Origin: Tilletiaria anomala UBC 951
Taxonomy: Eukaryota
Assembly (NCBI RefSeq): GCF_000711695.1
Contig: NW_013547016.1
Location: forward strand, 62,001-126,000
Length of the DNA stretch: 64,000 bases
Direction of reading: 5' to 3'
The first letter of the stretch is position 1; every line of letters starts with the position of its first letter. The notes beneath the pieces were generated by a model. The model had not been told where the DNA came from, ran no database searches, and was given only the letters and a program-made list of their open reading frames with translations. Positions 24,096 to 36,339 of the stretch are shown here, piece by piece. Both the position numbers and the translations under genes were made by a program.

Positions 24096-27000
24096 GCCCA
24101 ACACTGTCAATCGTATTGCTGCTTCCTGGGATCTCGTCGGCCGCGCTGTCGTTCCCCTTCCGTCCCGTTCGGTGCCCTTGACCCACTGTGGACTCTTTAT
24201 CATGTACGGATAGCATCTCTCCGCTCTTGCTTCGCGTTTCGGCTACAATGAATGACATGGCTGTGCCTCTGAATCCCCTTTTGTGCTGCAGGCAGCGCCT
24301 CCGGGCACCTAGCGTTTGCGCGCGGGTGGAGTGTCGCGAAGGAGACGGGCTGGAGCCGGGGAGTTGGGAACTCTGGAGTCTGGACATTGAACGGCTCAAG
24401 ACTTCAAGAGGACTGACACGCGTTCGTGCCTGCAGGGCTGTTTTAAATAGACCAATAGCTTAGAGACTCCCTTCATCTGCATATAAAGTATTCAAATACT
24501 CTCACAAATTACACATACACGCTGGGATGGCCAAGCGTAGGGGACGGTGCATATGCAGAGCAAGGGGGCTACTGGCGAGGGGCTCACAAGTCACAGACTG
24601 TCGCAGGGTATTGTGCACACATCTGTTGATAGACTGTTGCATAGTCGTCCCGAGTATCGAGACCAGAACTTTAGATAAGATGCTTGGAATGTGATGAAGA
24701 TCTGAAAGATTTGAGAATTTGGAATCGTATGGGGAGGTAAACCAACGATCAATTTTGGTCATTTTGTGGAATATAAATTGACAATGAAAGTTAACCGTTG
24801 TGAACAAGGCGTCTCCCGTTCATCGAACAATGATCAGAAGCGATGTCTCCTCCCTTCCATCTCCTTTCGAGTGATCAAGAGGCTCTTCCAATCCAAGTTG
24901 AATCGCAGTTCTCAAAGTGCTTTGACCAAGTGCTCAACTCAACTCAAACACTCGATTTAGGTTGTTGCATGCAATGCCGCTCATCCTTCTCTCAATCCTC
25001 GATCCGACTGAGTACGGAAATACTGGAGAGAAATGCCGAGTGGGGGAAGTGGGGTGGACCGTAATAAGAATGTAGAAACATGGCCGCACTGCTCGAGGAC
25101 GCGGGCCCGCAAGCTGCACAGGTTTGCCTGAGTGCCGAGGGCGTTGGGCCCAATGATAGATGACTGAGATGAAGGGAAAGCCTGCAAACTGCGAAAGGGT
25201 GTATTACATACATTTTTAAGAATGAAAATGGTTCAAGGAATAATAGCCGAGGCCATCAGGCGGCGGGGTGACATGGTAACTCACTATCTAGCCTTACCAA
25301 GTACTCATTCTTCATTACTCATTGCTCATTACCGCATCTATCATGAGGAATGGTGCAGACGCGTGACAAAGGGTTTGTTGCACACTGCTCACTACATACT
25401 CCCTGCTCACTGACCAGATCAGCATCGTAGTGAGTGACATCCAAGCTCCAACAGTACCAGCCCGTCGGCATACAAGTCGCGTTTGCGATTTGTGTCCGTA
25501 CTCTTCGGTGGCAACATGTATCACGACATCGTGCATCATGCATCATGTGCGGCAACACAAATTTTCCGTAACCTAGTAAAGCCCGTACTGCAGCAGACTG
25601 CAGCCCCCACGGGGGGTATATGCTACAGCACTGACAACAACTCTGAGCCCCTGAGTGCTGCTGAGCCTAACGCCCGCAAACTGACACTATACCTCGCTCG
25701 ACGTACACGGTACACGTCCTCATGATGTAACTGCTGTGCCGTACATCTGGACAAGAGTAAACCATGTACACACCTCGCGGGGTGTCGCCACTGCCAAGTT
25801 CTCTGCATACCATTGCCTATTCGCGTCACTGGATAGTTCAGAAAAGATGATAGTAGAAAGTAAAAAGGGTGGAACCGGACATGATACGGAATCAGAAATT
25901 AGTCGATATATATACATATACTGTATCTGAATTAATAAACTGTGGCGTCCATAAAGGAAAGTCAGGAACCGCGATTCCGTAGAGACGCTCGTTCCGGTTC
26001 TCTGGTTCGCACGTCCAAGTCCAACCCTGTCTAAAGCTCAAAATCAACAGAATTTGTGCATGTAGCACAATACAAATGTTGGAGGCAACAGTGAGTGGGA
26101 GCACGATGCCGGCGGTCGGGTGAGGTTGTTGCTAGCAGTTAGACGCCAGTGGTAAGTGGAGTACCTACTGGACGCGACGGCGGACGCTGGTGGACGCCAG
26201 AAGGAAATTCATTGTTTGACAATCGACGCTGGCAGGCACTGGTGGTTGGCGACTGGGGATGGCAACTGTGACATCTCAATGCCTCTTAAGTATGTTACAT
26301 TTGCCCCTGTTGGAGGGTGTTTGATGTTTGAACGCGTGCTTGTGATTGTCGAAGGCTTGTCTCTCTCTGTTGCGGCAGGGTTATTGCTGACATGTCGGGA
26401 GCAGAGATTCAGACTGCTGCCTCCTGCGCGCCTGGGCTCTGGCAATTGGAGCCTCCGCTCTTCTGGCTTCAGCCTTGTACATTACATAACATGACACATG
26501 CTATGTATATAGACACCTTGCAACTTTCTTCTGCCACGTTCCACGGTCGCCGGTCCGCAAACTGAGGACTGTCAGCATTCGGCACTCTGCAAGGGACGGT
26601 GTTCCTTTTGCAAAGTATATACGTAGTATTTACCCATGTATTTAAAGTATGTCGCATATGAAGGTACGTAAGTAGGAATGATTTTATTTTATTTAGCGCA
26701 TAAATATACCTCCATCACTGCGCCACAGCTGCCCCTTCCATGCTGTTCTGCCGCCATTATGTACGACTGCAGGAAGGTGCAGCGATTGAACGCCGGATCG
26801 CTGCATTTGGGAAGGCTGCATATATATGCACCCAAACAAGATATTTGCTGTATAGTATGTACGAGTATATATATATAACATAGATGCTACCTACCTTGAA
26901 TAAATTGTATGTACATATGACCTCCCACAGACCCACGCATCGCAGCTCTTATCCATGTGCTAATATATTTTCCGTGGCTTGCCCAGTTGTGCTCAGCTAA

Positions 27001-30000
27001 GGCTGCGTCTGCTGCGCTTTGCAAGGCGATGCAATGTGTGGCAACGTTGCGTCTGGGCGCGCTGGGCAGTGTACTTGGCGATAGCATTTGGCACTTCGCA
27101 TTGGTACTCGTATGTATGTATGTATATGTGCAATCTGTAATCATTCGTGCATACATACTCATACATATTCCGCTGATAATTGGGACATGTTGACACATCC
27201 TGGCCCCACGGTACAGCCTCAACTTGGCTGCATCACACTGTACAACTTGACGTGTACAGACCAAATTGCCGATACCTGATGGACAATAGTGATCTATGTC
27301 ATTAGAGTCGCTACCTACAGTTTCAGGGTAGAATCTGGTAGCCTGTGTCGTAGTGATATGAATGGAGGGCAGTGACATGGCGATGGCTGTCCGTTGTCAT
27401 GATATTGGATCAGGCGAAGACCAGTGCGTCGGTGTTTCACGGTATTCTCAGCTTACGTCGTTGTGCTGGCGTCTCAAAAGTCTGGGCACGCATCGCCGCC
27501 GAAAACAAGCCTCTGGCTATCGAGCATCAAGTATCGGGTACATAAGCATTTACGGTCAAGCGATCAAGCGCAAGCAACCGTGGCATGGCTGGCTAAATGA
27601 ACAGAGTGCAAAAATCTGCGACAATCGTGCGTGAGCAAGCCGTAGACGCTGCGCGTTCAGTCGCATCAGCCTTCACAGAACTGCATCAACTCTTCACTGT
27701 CTAACCCTGTCCCCCTTGCCATGAAAGAACCGTAGGAGCGCGTTTTCAAAATATGACACCTGACGATATCAGTAGAACTGGCGATGATGCGATGAAATGG
27801 ACAAGCGTATGCATCTTACGTAGTCAAGTTTGTTCGACGTGCAAAGATGAACGATATCGATGAATAGTGAACAAGAGCTGAGGCCAATCAGGTCGTTGAG
27901 ACATCAGTCGGACCGAGCTCTACATACTGAGGCCTCGGTTTTTTTGCACATCCCCAATATGAACCTAAATATGTTCTGTACAATCCTTACCCGATGGAAG
28001 TGCAATCGGGCAGGATGGGCACACGCGCGTGTGAGCGGCGACATAGCAAGGGTAAACCGCGAGCCGGCGCCGAACCGAGCCGGACCGGAGCGCCCGAGCA
28101 CCGAACTTCGAAAAATGCAGTCCACTTTTGTGCAAAGGAAAAATGTGTTTACACTTCCCTGGAGCGGATCAGGCGAGCCTCGTTATCATCGATAGTGTAC
28201 ATACTAATGGTGTGTATGGCTGGACCTCGTCTGGCCCCGTTGCACGAAAAAAAAGGGATTCGCACCATGGTGTACGTATGTATCAGGGACGCGAGAAAGG
28301 AATTCAAATAGGTCCAAATTCTTCATATGAAGGTCGGAGAACCTCGGGACGGGTGGAGGGTGGTTCTCGTCGGTGAGAAAAAGGGAACCAGCATATCACT
28401 TTTCGACAAGCTCGACTCTCTTTATGATTCAAACTGTCGAAACATTGCGAAAGCCCAAATACCTTCGCAATCCCAGCATACAGCTGTGCCCATTACATAG
28501 CAGCGCCTCTCGCTGCGTTTCCCGTTCCAATCATTGCTCGAGTAAGAGCCAAAAAGTGCTTCCGACTCTTCTTGAGTTTTGAGCATTGGGATGTTTGGCG
28601 CTTGAGTGCCTGAGAGTTAATGAGCGATGGGCTCCGAATCACAATGGATCTGGGACCTCATCCGCTCCCTGACTCTAGCGCCAATCAAGGGCTGAAAACA
28701 TGTGAGGGGCTTTTACGATGGGACGAAGCAAGCACAGGTGCTCCGTCTCTCCTAACGCCTCAGACTCAGACCTCAGACCGCACACGTCCATCTTTGTGAT
28801 CGGATTTTTGCGCAAGATTCTTGTTACCGAGCATTCTCAGTTTAGAGTGCGTATATACTGTATGTACGTCTTTCCTTGTGGCAACAGCGAACACATTGCT
28901 CAAGTTGCCAATGCTCCGGGTGAACAGAAAAACGGCCTTGGACGACCGAGATGAACAGCGAGCTATGTACCACTATGTAGAGAGTGTCTCACCGCGAGGA
29001 CACCAAAATTACAACTAATTCCTCTCCTTGCCAAGCTCCCACTCTAAAGCTTCGTCGAGAATCAATCAATACAAATCCAAGGTCGAAAGTCAAGCGTTAA
29101 GACTCTCATCAAGTGAGCAAATGAAGAAATGCACTCAGGACATGCACGTCATGAGTGGGCTAGTGGCGCCTCATTCTCTGATTCTGTAGCGGCCGTCGCA
29201 CCCAGTCATGTATGTAAGCACTGGAATAAATCTGTCAAAGTGGACTGTAAACGTGGTTCCCTATGCCCTTTATAGCTCTCCACCCCCGTGTGCTGGTGAA
29301 ATGTCTCACCAACAAGGATTGCATACTTGTAAACGCGTGCTCTAGTCGGACGTAGACGCACATCCACGCTGAATAATTGAGGTGCCTGAATTCTGGGTCA
29401 CTTTTTTATATGTACATACATATGTTTGTGTCAACATGTACTAGAACATGGGTATGAACGGACCGCGAACATGGAATGTGAAATCCGTATCGAGTTATGT
29501 ATGCAACGTTCTGAGCCATTACGTACTGTCGATTATTATGGGTTCGTTTATACCGGCTGTGGATCCGCGTTCCCATGCCACAAGTGTCTGATTGGGAGGG
29601 GGGACTTTGTGCTTTGGATTGATGGCATGGGCCAGCCTGAGCCACCAGCGGGTTCTCATCGTGATGGGGTGCAATGATAGTAAACGTCTGATTACCTTCC
29701 TGGGTCTCCCCTCAGCGCCTCCGCTCTCTGGTCTCTGCAGCTGGCTGGTCGGCAGGCTGGTGACCGGGCGCGTTTCGTTTTGCCTCCGGACGGGCCTCGT
29801 GGTCAGCTTTGTGCAGCGATCTGTTTGGAGTAATATGTAGTTACTAGTCAGTAGTCAGGCGTAGTATTGATCCACTACATAAGGCGAACTGCTATTGCTG
29901 CCGTTGGCACACGATCTCGTTCGGCGCTTTGCATTATGATTCGCTGCTGCTCACGAAGGATCATCGATGCTGATGCTGCTGTTGATTCCCGCATCCGCAT

Positions 30001-30405
30001 TCGCAATTCGCATTCACAGCAGCGCTCGCCGAGGCCCCTGCTCAGGCTTTAACATCCTGCTGGCTCCTTAGCCAAGCCCGACGTAGAAGTCGCCGCCCGT
30101 TCATTTTTATTGTCTTCATCTTCCTCTTCATCCTCGCTCGACGCAGGTCGGACGCCATCCAAGTCGAACCGCGGCTCTCACACACTGCGCGAAGGGTTAT
30201 CGGTGGTGAAATAGCCTTGGGAAGAGCGCCACACCCTCGGCAGCCAAGACACAAATCTGTCAGCTTGAGTCAACGTTAGAGTATGGTCGAGGGTCTTCGC
30301 GTGGAACTTCCGCACATTGTCAGCTCGAAGGATATTCAGAAGGATAGTCTTCGACAGGTTTTGCCCTACATTCCAGAAGTCTCGCTTTTGTTGAGAAGTC
30401 TGAAT

Positions 30406-32332
30406 ATGTCTTCGACTGCCCACCAGGAGGTGCGTAATGTCGAAGCGTACGGAGCTGGAGATCCTTTGACGAGCACCCCGCCGACTGATTCGCCCATCCC
30501 ATCGGGCTCCCCTTCCTCTGCAGGAAATTTCGCGCTATGACTATTCGCATGAGCAAGGCACAGAAGTGGGCGGCTACCCATTATCCTCGCAGCCATGGCT
30601 CGCAGCGCCACCCAATTTTCTGAACGTATCCGCAGGGATGATGATAGTCGCAGCCGATCATTTAGTGAGCGCGCCGACGACACCAACGTCGTACGCATCG
30701 GGACAGCATGCATACGCACGCGGCCCCGGGGGCATGCCTCCGCCGCATCACCCAGCATTGTCGGTCGTGTCGAGCCCATACACACAGTACGTCGTCGATG
30801 ACCATCATGCTGCAACTGCTACCGCTGCCGCTGCAGCTGGGGCCCTTCCGAGCGCGGACCAAGGCTCGGGATCCGGCGTGCAGACGCACCACTCGACGCC
30901 AGGCTTGCCATCAAATGCGCCTACGTCTGCGCATCTGGGCTTTGCTTCAGCAGTGGCGGACTGGCAAACGCTCATGCCATCCCCGCGCCTCTCCGTACCT
31001 CTCCCATCACAGCATTCTGCACCCGCACAGGTTCTCCCGCTTGGCCCGCCGGGGATATATCCCGAATTTGCGCAGCGATACGGAGGCGCAGGCCACGGTG
31101 TGGAGAACCGGCCGCGGTCGATCAGCTGGAGCACGCCATCCGATCATTTGTCAACTTTCCATCGACGCCCCTTTACAGGGAGGGCGAGCTTCAGCACCCA
31201 GGTACCGCCTGTGGGCGCTCCCATACCGCTCTTCCAGTCCGACTTGTCAGGGCCAATAGGCGGTTTCGCTCCGAGTGCCTCATCTTTCCAATATCCTCTC
31301 GATTCGTACGCATCACTGGAACCGACTGACCTAGGCGGAAACGAGCACATTACGCCGACATTGATGCAGCCCATGTGCCTGGGGGCAGATCAACCACCGT
31401 GGGCGGACCTTGAGCAGAGCCCTTCGTCTACATCCACGGCAGGGCCAATGCGGCGGCGAAACTCGACTGTATCATCAAGGAAGAGGTCAGCTCGGTCGAC
31501 TGCGACAGAAGTCGTGTGCCCTTATCCAGGGTGCGGCAAGGTGTTCCCCAAGAATCGAGTGTACAACTTGAAGGCTCACCTGCGAAGTCACACCAATTCC
31601 AAGCCGTTCTCATGTCCCGACTGCGACCGGTCCTTTTCGCGCAAGCATGACCTGCAGCGCCACGCTCGTGTACACGTGAGTCGAAAGGAGAAGCAAAGGA
31701 GCTACCGCAGGGGATGTTTTAAAGAATACTGAACCCTTTCCTCATCGTTGTCTCCATTGTGCACGGCACGCCAGACGGGCGACAAGCCATATATGTGTGA
31801 ACCGTGCGGGAAAACCTTCCCACGATCCGACGCACTGCGGCGACACTGGAAATCGGAAGACAACTGTCGGGATAAGCTGCCAGAGCTGCTAAAGCCCCAT
31901 TCACCCGGGTTAGCCGGTGATGGCGGCAGCGACGATGCGGACGGCGATGGGGATGGAGATGCGGATGGGAACGGCGACGGGGTTGGAGAAGGGGGTATTG
32001 ATGGTGACGGCTTTGGCTACCGGGGCTTCGCCTTCGCCGTCAGCGTCGGCGACGACGAGGATGCGAGCGGGGCCGATTTGTCGCAGCAGGACGTTGATGC
32101 CGTCTCAGCGGCTAGGTTGTCAGGCTCTTTGTCCCAGCCGCACTGGTTCGCGATGCCGAGCAGCGGCGGCGTCGAAGACAGTCTGAACTACGACACGGCG
32201 CTGGACCGGGCGACGATCCGCAGCGACGACGATGATGCCGAGCCTGTTGAGGGGAGCGAGGAGCAGCAACAGCAGCGGGGTGGTGAGGTTTCAATGGAGA
32301 CCAGACTGATAAAGGGGGCACAAGAAGGATGA
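30406..32332 (+). CDS. C2H2 zinc-finger transcription factor (3 fingers, Crz1-like finger array). Exons 30406-30429, 30524-31675, 31775-32332; an in-frame upstream ATG at 30283 is possible
   Basis: CPYPGCGKVF...NLKAHLRSH-TNSKPFSCPDCDRSFSRKHDLQRHARVH-TGDKPYMCEPCGKTFPRSDALRRH. Introns have GTGCGT/GTGAGT donors and restore the frame. Confidence 0.9.
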
Positions 32333-35107
32333 TGATAGACTCAGCCGACACCCCACAGCGCATATAAGATGAAAAGGAGGAGCCTGGATATTGGAACACA
32401 GTTGCAACGAGCTGTTTGTTGACATTTGCAGCAACTGGACTGCGGTCAGCGTGGCGAAGCTGCACTGTCTCACTCTGAGCACGGCATACGTCACACACGA
32501 GGCGCAGCACCATTACACCACCGGCCTCACCACCAGCACTATTTCCACGTGGCAATTGGCCTTCATGTCATCGCGCTCCCTTCTCAACCGGTCGCACGAG
32601 TGAGTATGGCACCATCTACTGGCTCAGCTCACACACTGCATGCATGCACGCACGCCCACACATACGCATTAGCAAGTACCAACCGCGAGCGATCCACCAC
32701 GCATTACATATGGAAGCCCCCGAAAAGCATTTCTTGCATGCTACGTCATATCACGCATCTGCATTGGCCTCTCCGACTCGTCGTATCTCCAAAATCGATG
32801 ATCTGCAACATGTCGGTAGCAAGACTCCTTCCTTGCGAGCATCGACACGCTCGACTTCGCTTATCATCACTATCATCGTGTTCATCGTCATCATTGCTGC
32901 CACCGTCGCCATCCGACGCGCGCTCCGCCGGCGGTCGGTCCGCACATAGTCTGGACTCTGATGGCGCGAAGGTGATCTCGTCGCGACCGTCAAGGAGACC
33001 GGGCCCCGTTCCATTCCAACTTGGCGCTGCGCCTAACCGTACGACGCTGTACCAGTCACGTACGGACTATACGTCAAGGTTCACTATCACCATTCACTTC
33101 TTCCACTGCACAGCAAAGGAAACGCGCATGGAAAGGGGCGAGGGGGAAAGAAAGAGAGGACGAACAGTGGAATGGAGTTGTGGGCGGCGAAGACGACAGT
33201 CGAACGAGTAGAGTAATTCGATATATAGAGAAGACATTCTGCGTCCTCGTCATCGCTGTCCGTGACAATGGACGCAGTCACTGTCATTAGGGGAACACAC
33301 AAGGCTATGAAAGGCTATACACAGGCTAGCTGGTCTGCATACGGCATGAACGCGTGGTGCTCATCACGGATGGAAACTATGAACACAGATTGGAAGCGGT
33401 CAGCAGTGCGCTTTGCAAGGCAGACCGAGCGATCAGAACGTCTTGCGCGGTGCGCTCGTTGCAAAAACCGCATACGGGGCTATTGGGGGCCCTGGGGGTG
33501 CTGCTACACAGGGTCTGCTAACGCAGCCGACTATGACGTCTCGACGTCTTCACACACGAGTACCTGTGCTGAGTGTTCCCTTCTCGGTGTTCGCACTCAT
33601 GTGCACATATACTTGTGCCCGGCCGGCCCCTGTCAAGGTGATGGATGATCTTCCGGGCGGAATGTCCAATGTCGGCCGTGTGTGTCATTCGTCACGGCGC
33701 GTCGGACGGCCTGACGCCCTTGATCGTACATACGAAGCAGCGAAAGGCAAGGACCAGCAACGATGACACTCACACACGCACTAACCTTGATCTTGGGCCA
33801 ATTGAATGGAGAAAAGGAAGGTAGTGTTCACTTGATGGAGGTGTGTATTGCAATCGAGCATCGAGTTCGAAAGGCTGCCCGCTGGTACCTTTTGGTCAGC
33901 TGGTGAGAGCTGTTTGAACTCTGGTCTGGCACACAGAGACACATGGACCGACAGCGACAGAAAGCGCGGGTTTGGGCGGGCATCGGGGAACTCGGTTGAA
34001 GGCACACCGGATGCGCAACCCGTTCCCCTCGACAAGTTCTGACGCACGATCCCGCGTCGTGCGTTCCGGCGGCAGCAAGTGTGCGTCTGGCTGCAGCTTG
34101 TGGCATGCGGGCCAGCAAACCGGTGATCCCCCATCTAAGTGAATCGGCCCGTGACTTTCAGCGGCAGCAGTGCGGCGACACAGCAGTGCGCGAACACCCG
34201 GTCCCCAACCCTTCCTTATCTCTATCCCTACCCTGCTCCACGCTCCAGCGCTCTCCCGGTGTAGTAGGGCCGACGAGCCACGTCACACTGCACCGCTGTG
34301 ACACGATACGGAAGGGACGGAGGGAACGGGAGGACCGCCATGCGTGCCAGTCGCCGTGCCACCCTCGTCTGCCAGCTGCGTGTAGCATATCGTCCACCCT
34401 CAGCACCCTGCACGTGTTGCTGGGAAGCCCCTGGTGGGGTGACACTTGCGCAGTGCCTCCAGCCCATGAACCCAATTTTTCCGCAAGGCCATGGCTTTGC
34501 ATGAGGAGCACTTGCTGGGGGAGCACTGGGATGCAGTACCTCAGTGCTGCCCTCTAGAGGGGGAAACAAAAAACCCTGGTTGGAACCGTCGGCATTCCTC
34601 TTGTTTTGTGTCCGCTGAACTCAGGAGGGAGTGGATGCGGGCAGTGCACGAGTGTCACGTGTGGGAGGAGGAAGAGGGTGGGAAGGGACAGTGGGTGGTG
34701 GCTTTAGAGCGTTGGTGCAGTGCCCTCTGTGCATTTGCCAGCTATCCGCTTGCCGTCACACAAGGAATGCAACTTTTTTTCTGAAACCTGCAGATCCACT
34801 GCCCCACACCCAGCTGCCTATCGTACGCGGGCTGCAGCACACCAGCCGGCTGGCGGGCGGTCCCTGACTGCAACAATATATTATACGCCATCCGACCTTC
34901 ACCAAGCCCTTCAAGCTTTCTCCTTCTTTGACGTTGTCATCCTCTTCTGGTTGTTCTTCTGTACGGCCAGCCATCCGCCCTCGCCTTTTCTCCTCGCTGT
35001 CCTCCTTGTTTCTTCCTCTCTCCTCGCCCGACCGACCACGTTTACCTCGCTCCCGTCCTCTTCGCCCTATCACTTCCTCTCTCCTCCCTCCCCTTCGCTA
35101 CCACGTC

Positions 35108-36339
35108 ATGCAGCTCTTCGCTCTGCTCCCGCTCGCCCTCGTGGTGCTCGCCTCTACCTCCGCGGCCCACGCAGCGGTGCCACATTCAGCGCGCCAGGTG
35201 ACGCATCTGCACGGGAAGCGCCTCTCAGAACTGCCTCCGCTTGCGCCGGCCGTCATCGAAGAGTTGGCCAAGCGCGATCCGAAGGACATCGAGTACTTCC
35301 ACAATGATCTCTCCCTCCTTCGCGCCCTCTCTGGCGCAGAGTCCGACCCGGTTAAGCGCGCTGTCGCTCTCTCTGGCCTCCAGACGCGCTGCACGGCAAG
35401 GTGAGTCATGTTGCAAGACACTCGCGTCGAGCAAATTTGCTCAAGTCCCCCCTTGTCTTTCTCACTTCTCAGCCACTGCTTCTCCCTAACGTTCGACGAT
35501 GGCCCGTACACCTGGCACCAAGAAATTGCCAATGACGTCGCCAACGCTGGTTACCTCGCGTCGTTCATGGTTAACGGCTTCAACTGGGACTGTACGTCGT
35601 GGCCTTTTCTTGCGCACTGACTCGTGTCGTACCGGAAGCTGATATGTCGATGCTCCACCCCCGTGCCTGCGTATGCGTTGTGCTCCACAGGCATCTACGA
35701 TGCGCCGCAGGTGCAGTCGCTCCGTCGAAGTTTGAACCTCGGCCACCAGATTGCCTCGCACACGTGGAGCCACCCACACATGGTCGGTCTCACATACGCT
35801 CAGATCGATGAGCAGGTCGAGCTGATCGAGACAGCGCTGCTCAAGACAGCCGGCGTCGTCCCTGCATTCATTGTGCGTTTTGGAGGGGGTGTGCAAAGGC
35901 GCATCAGCATCGACTGACTAGTTGTTCCTTTACCCTCCTTGCACCGCTCACCGTTCGTCGTTGCCAGCGCCCGCCGTACGGCGAGGTAAACGATACAATT
36001 GTCCAGTACCTCAACGAGAAGCACGGGCTGATCGTTGTCAACTGGAACTACGACACGGAAGACGCCAGCGGTGCGACGGTAGACTACTCGCTGAACGTGA
36101 TCAAGAACATCACGGCGCCCACGCACGCCATCGTGCTGCAGCACGAGACTGTCAACACGACACACTCGGAGCTCGTCCCGCAGGAGCTGCCGATCATCGC
36201 AAAGAACGGGTACACGATGAAGAATGTGCGAACACTTGCGCAGAACTTTGGTGTCAAGCCGTACAAGGTCGTCACCTCCCACGGCTCGCGCGACAGCTCG
36301 TGGACGTGCGACGGCACGCCCGTACCCGGCCAAGGCTAA
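35108..36339 (+). CDS. Secreted chitin/polysaccharide deacetylase (CE4, NodB domain). Exons 35108-35400, 35473-35591, 35691-35872, 35968-36339
   Basis: Signal peptide MQLFALLPLALVVLA, then all five CE4 motifs: TFDDGPY, HTWSHP, RPPYG, WNYDTED and LQHE. Confidence 0.93.

Noticed and set aside
30538..30543. TGA-CTA readthrough context at the end of ORF 30283-30540
   Set aside because: The stop is reached only if intron 30430-30523 is retained. In the spliced mRNA these bases are TAT GAC TAT codons of the zinc-finger gene.
32426..33211. 261-aa ORF downstream of the C2H2 gene
   Set aside because: No ATG-supported structure or recognisable motifs; it looks like 3' UTR or intergenic low-complexity sequence.
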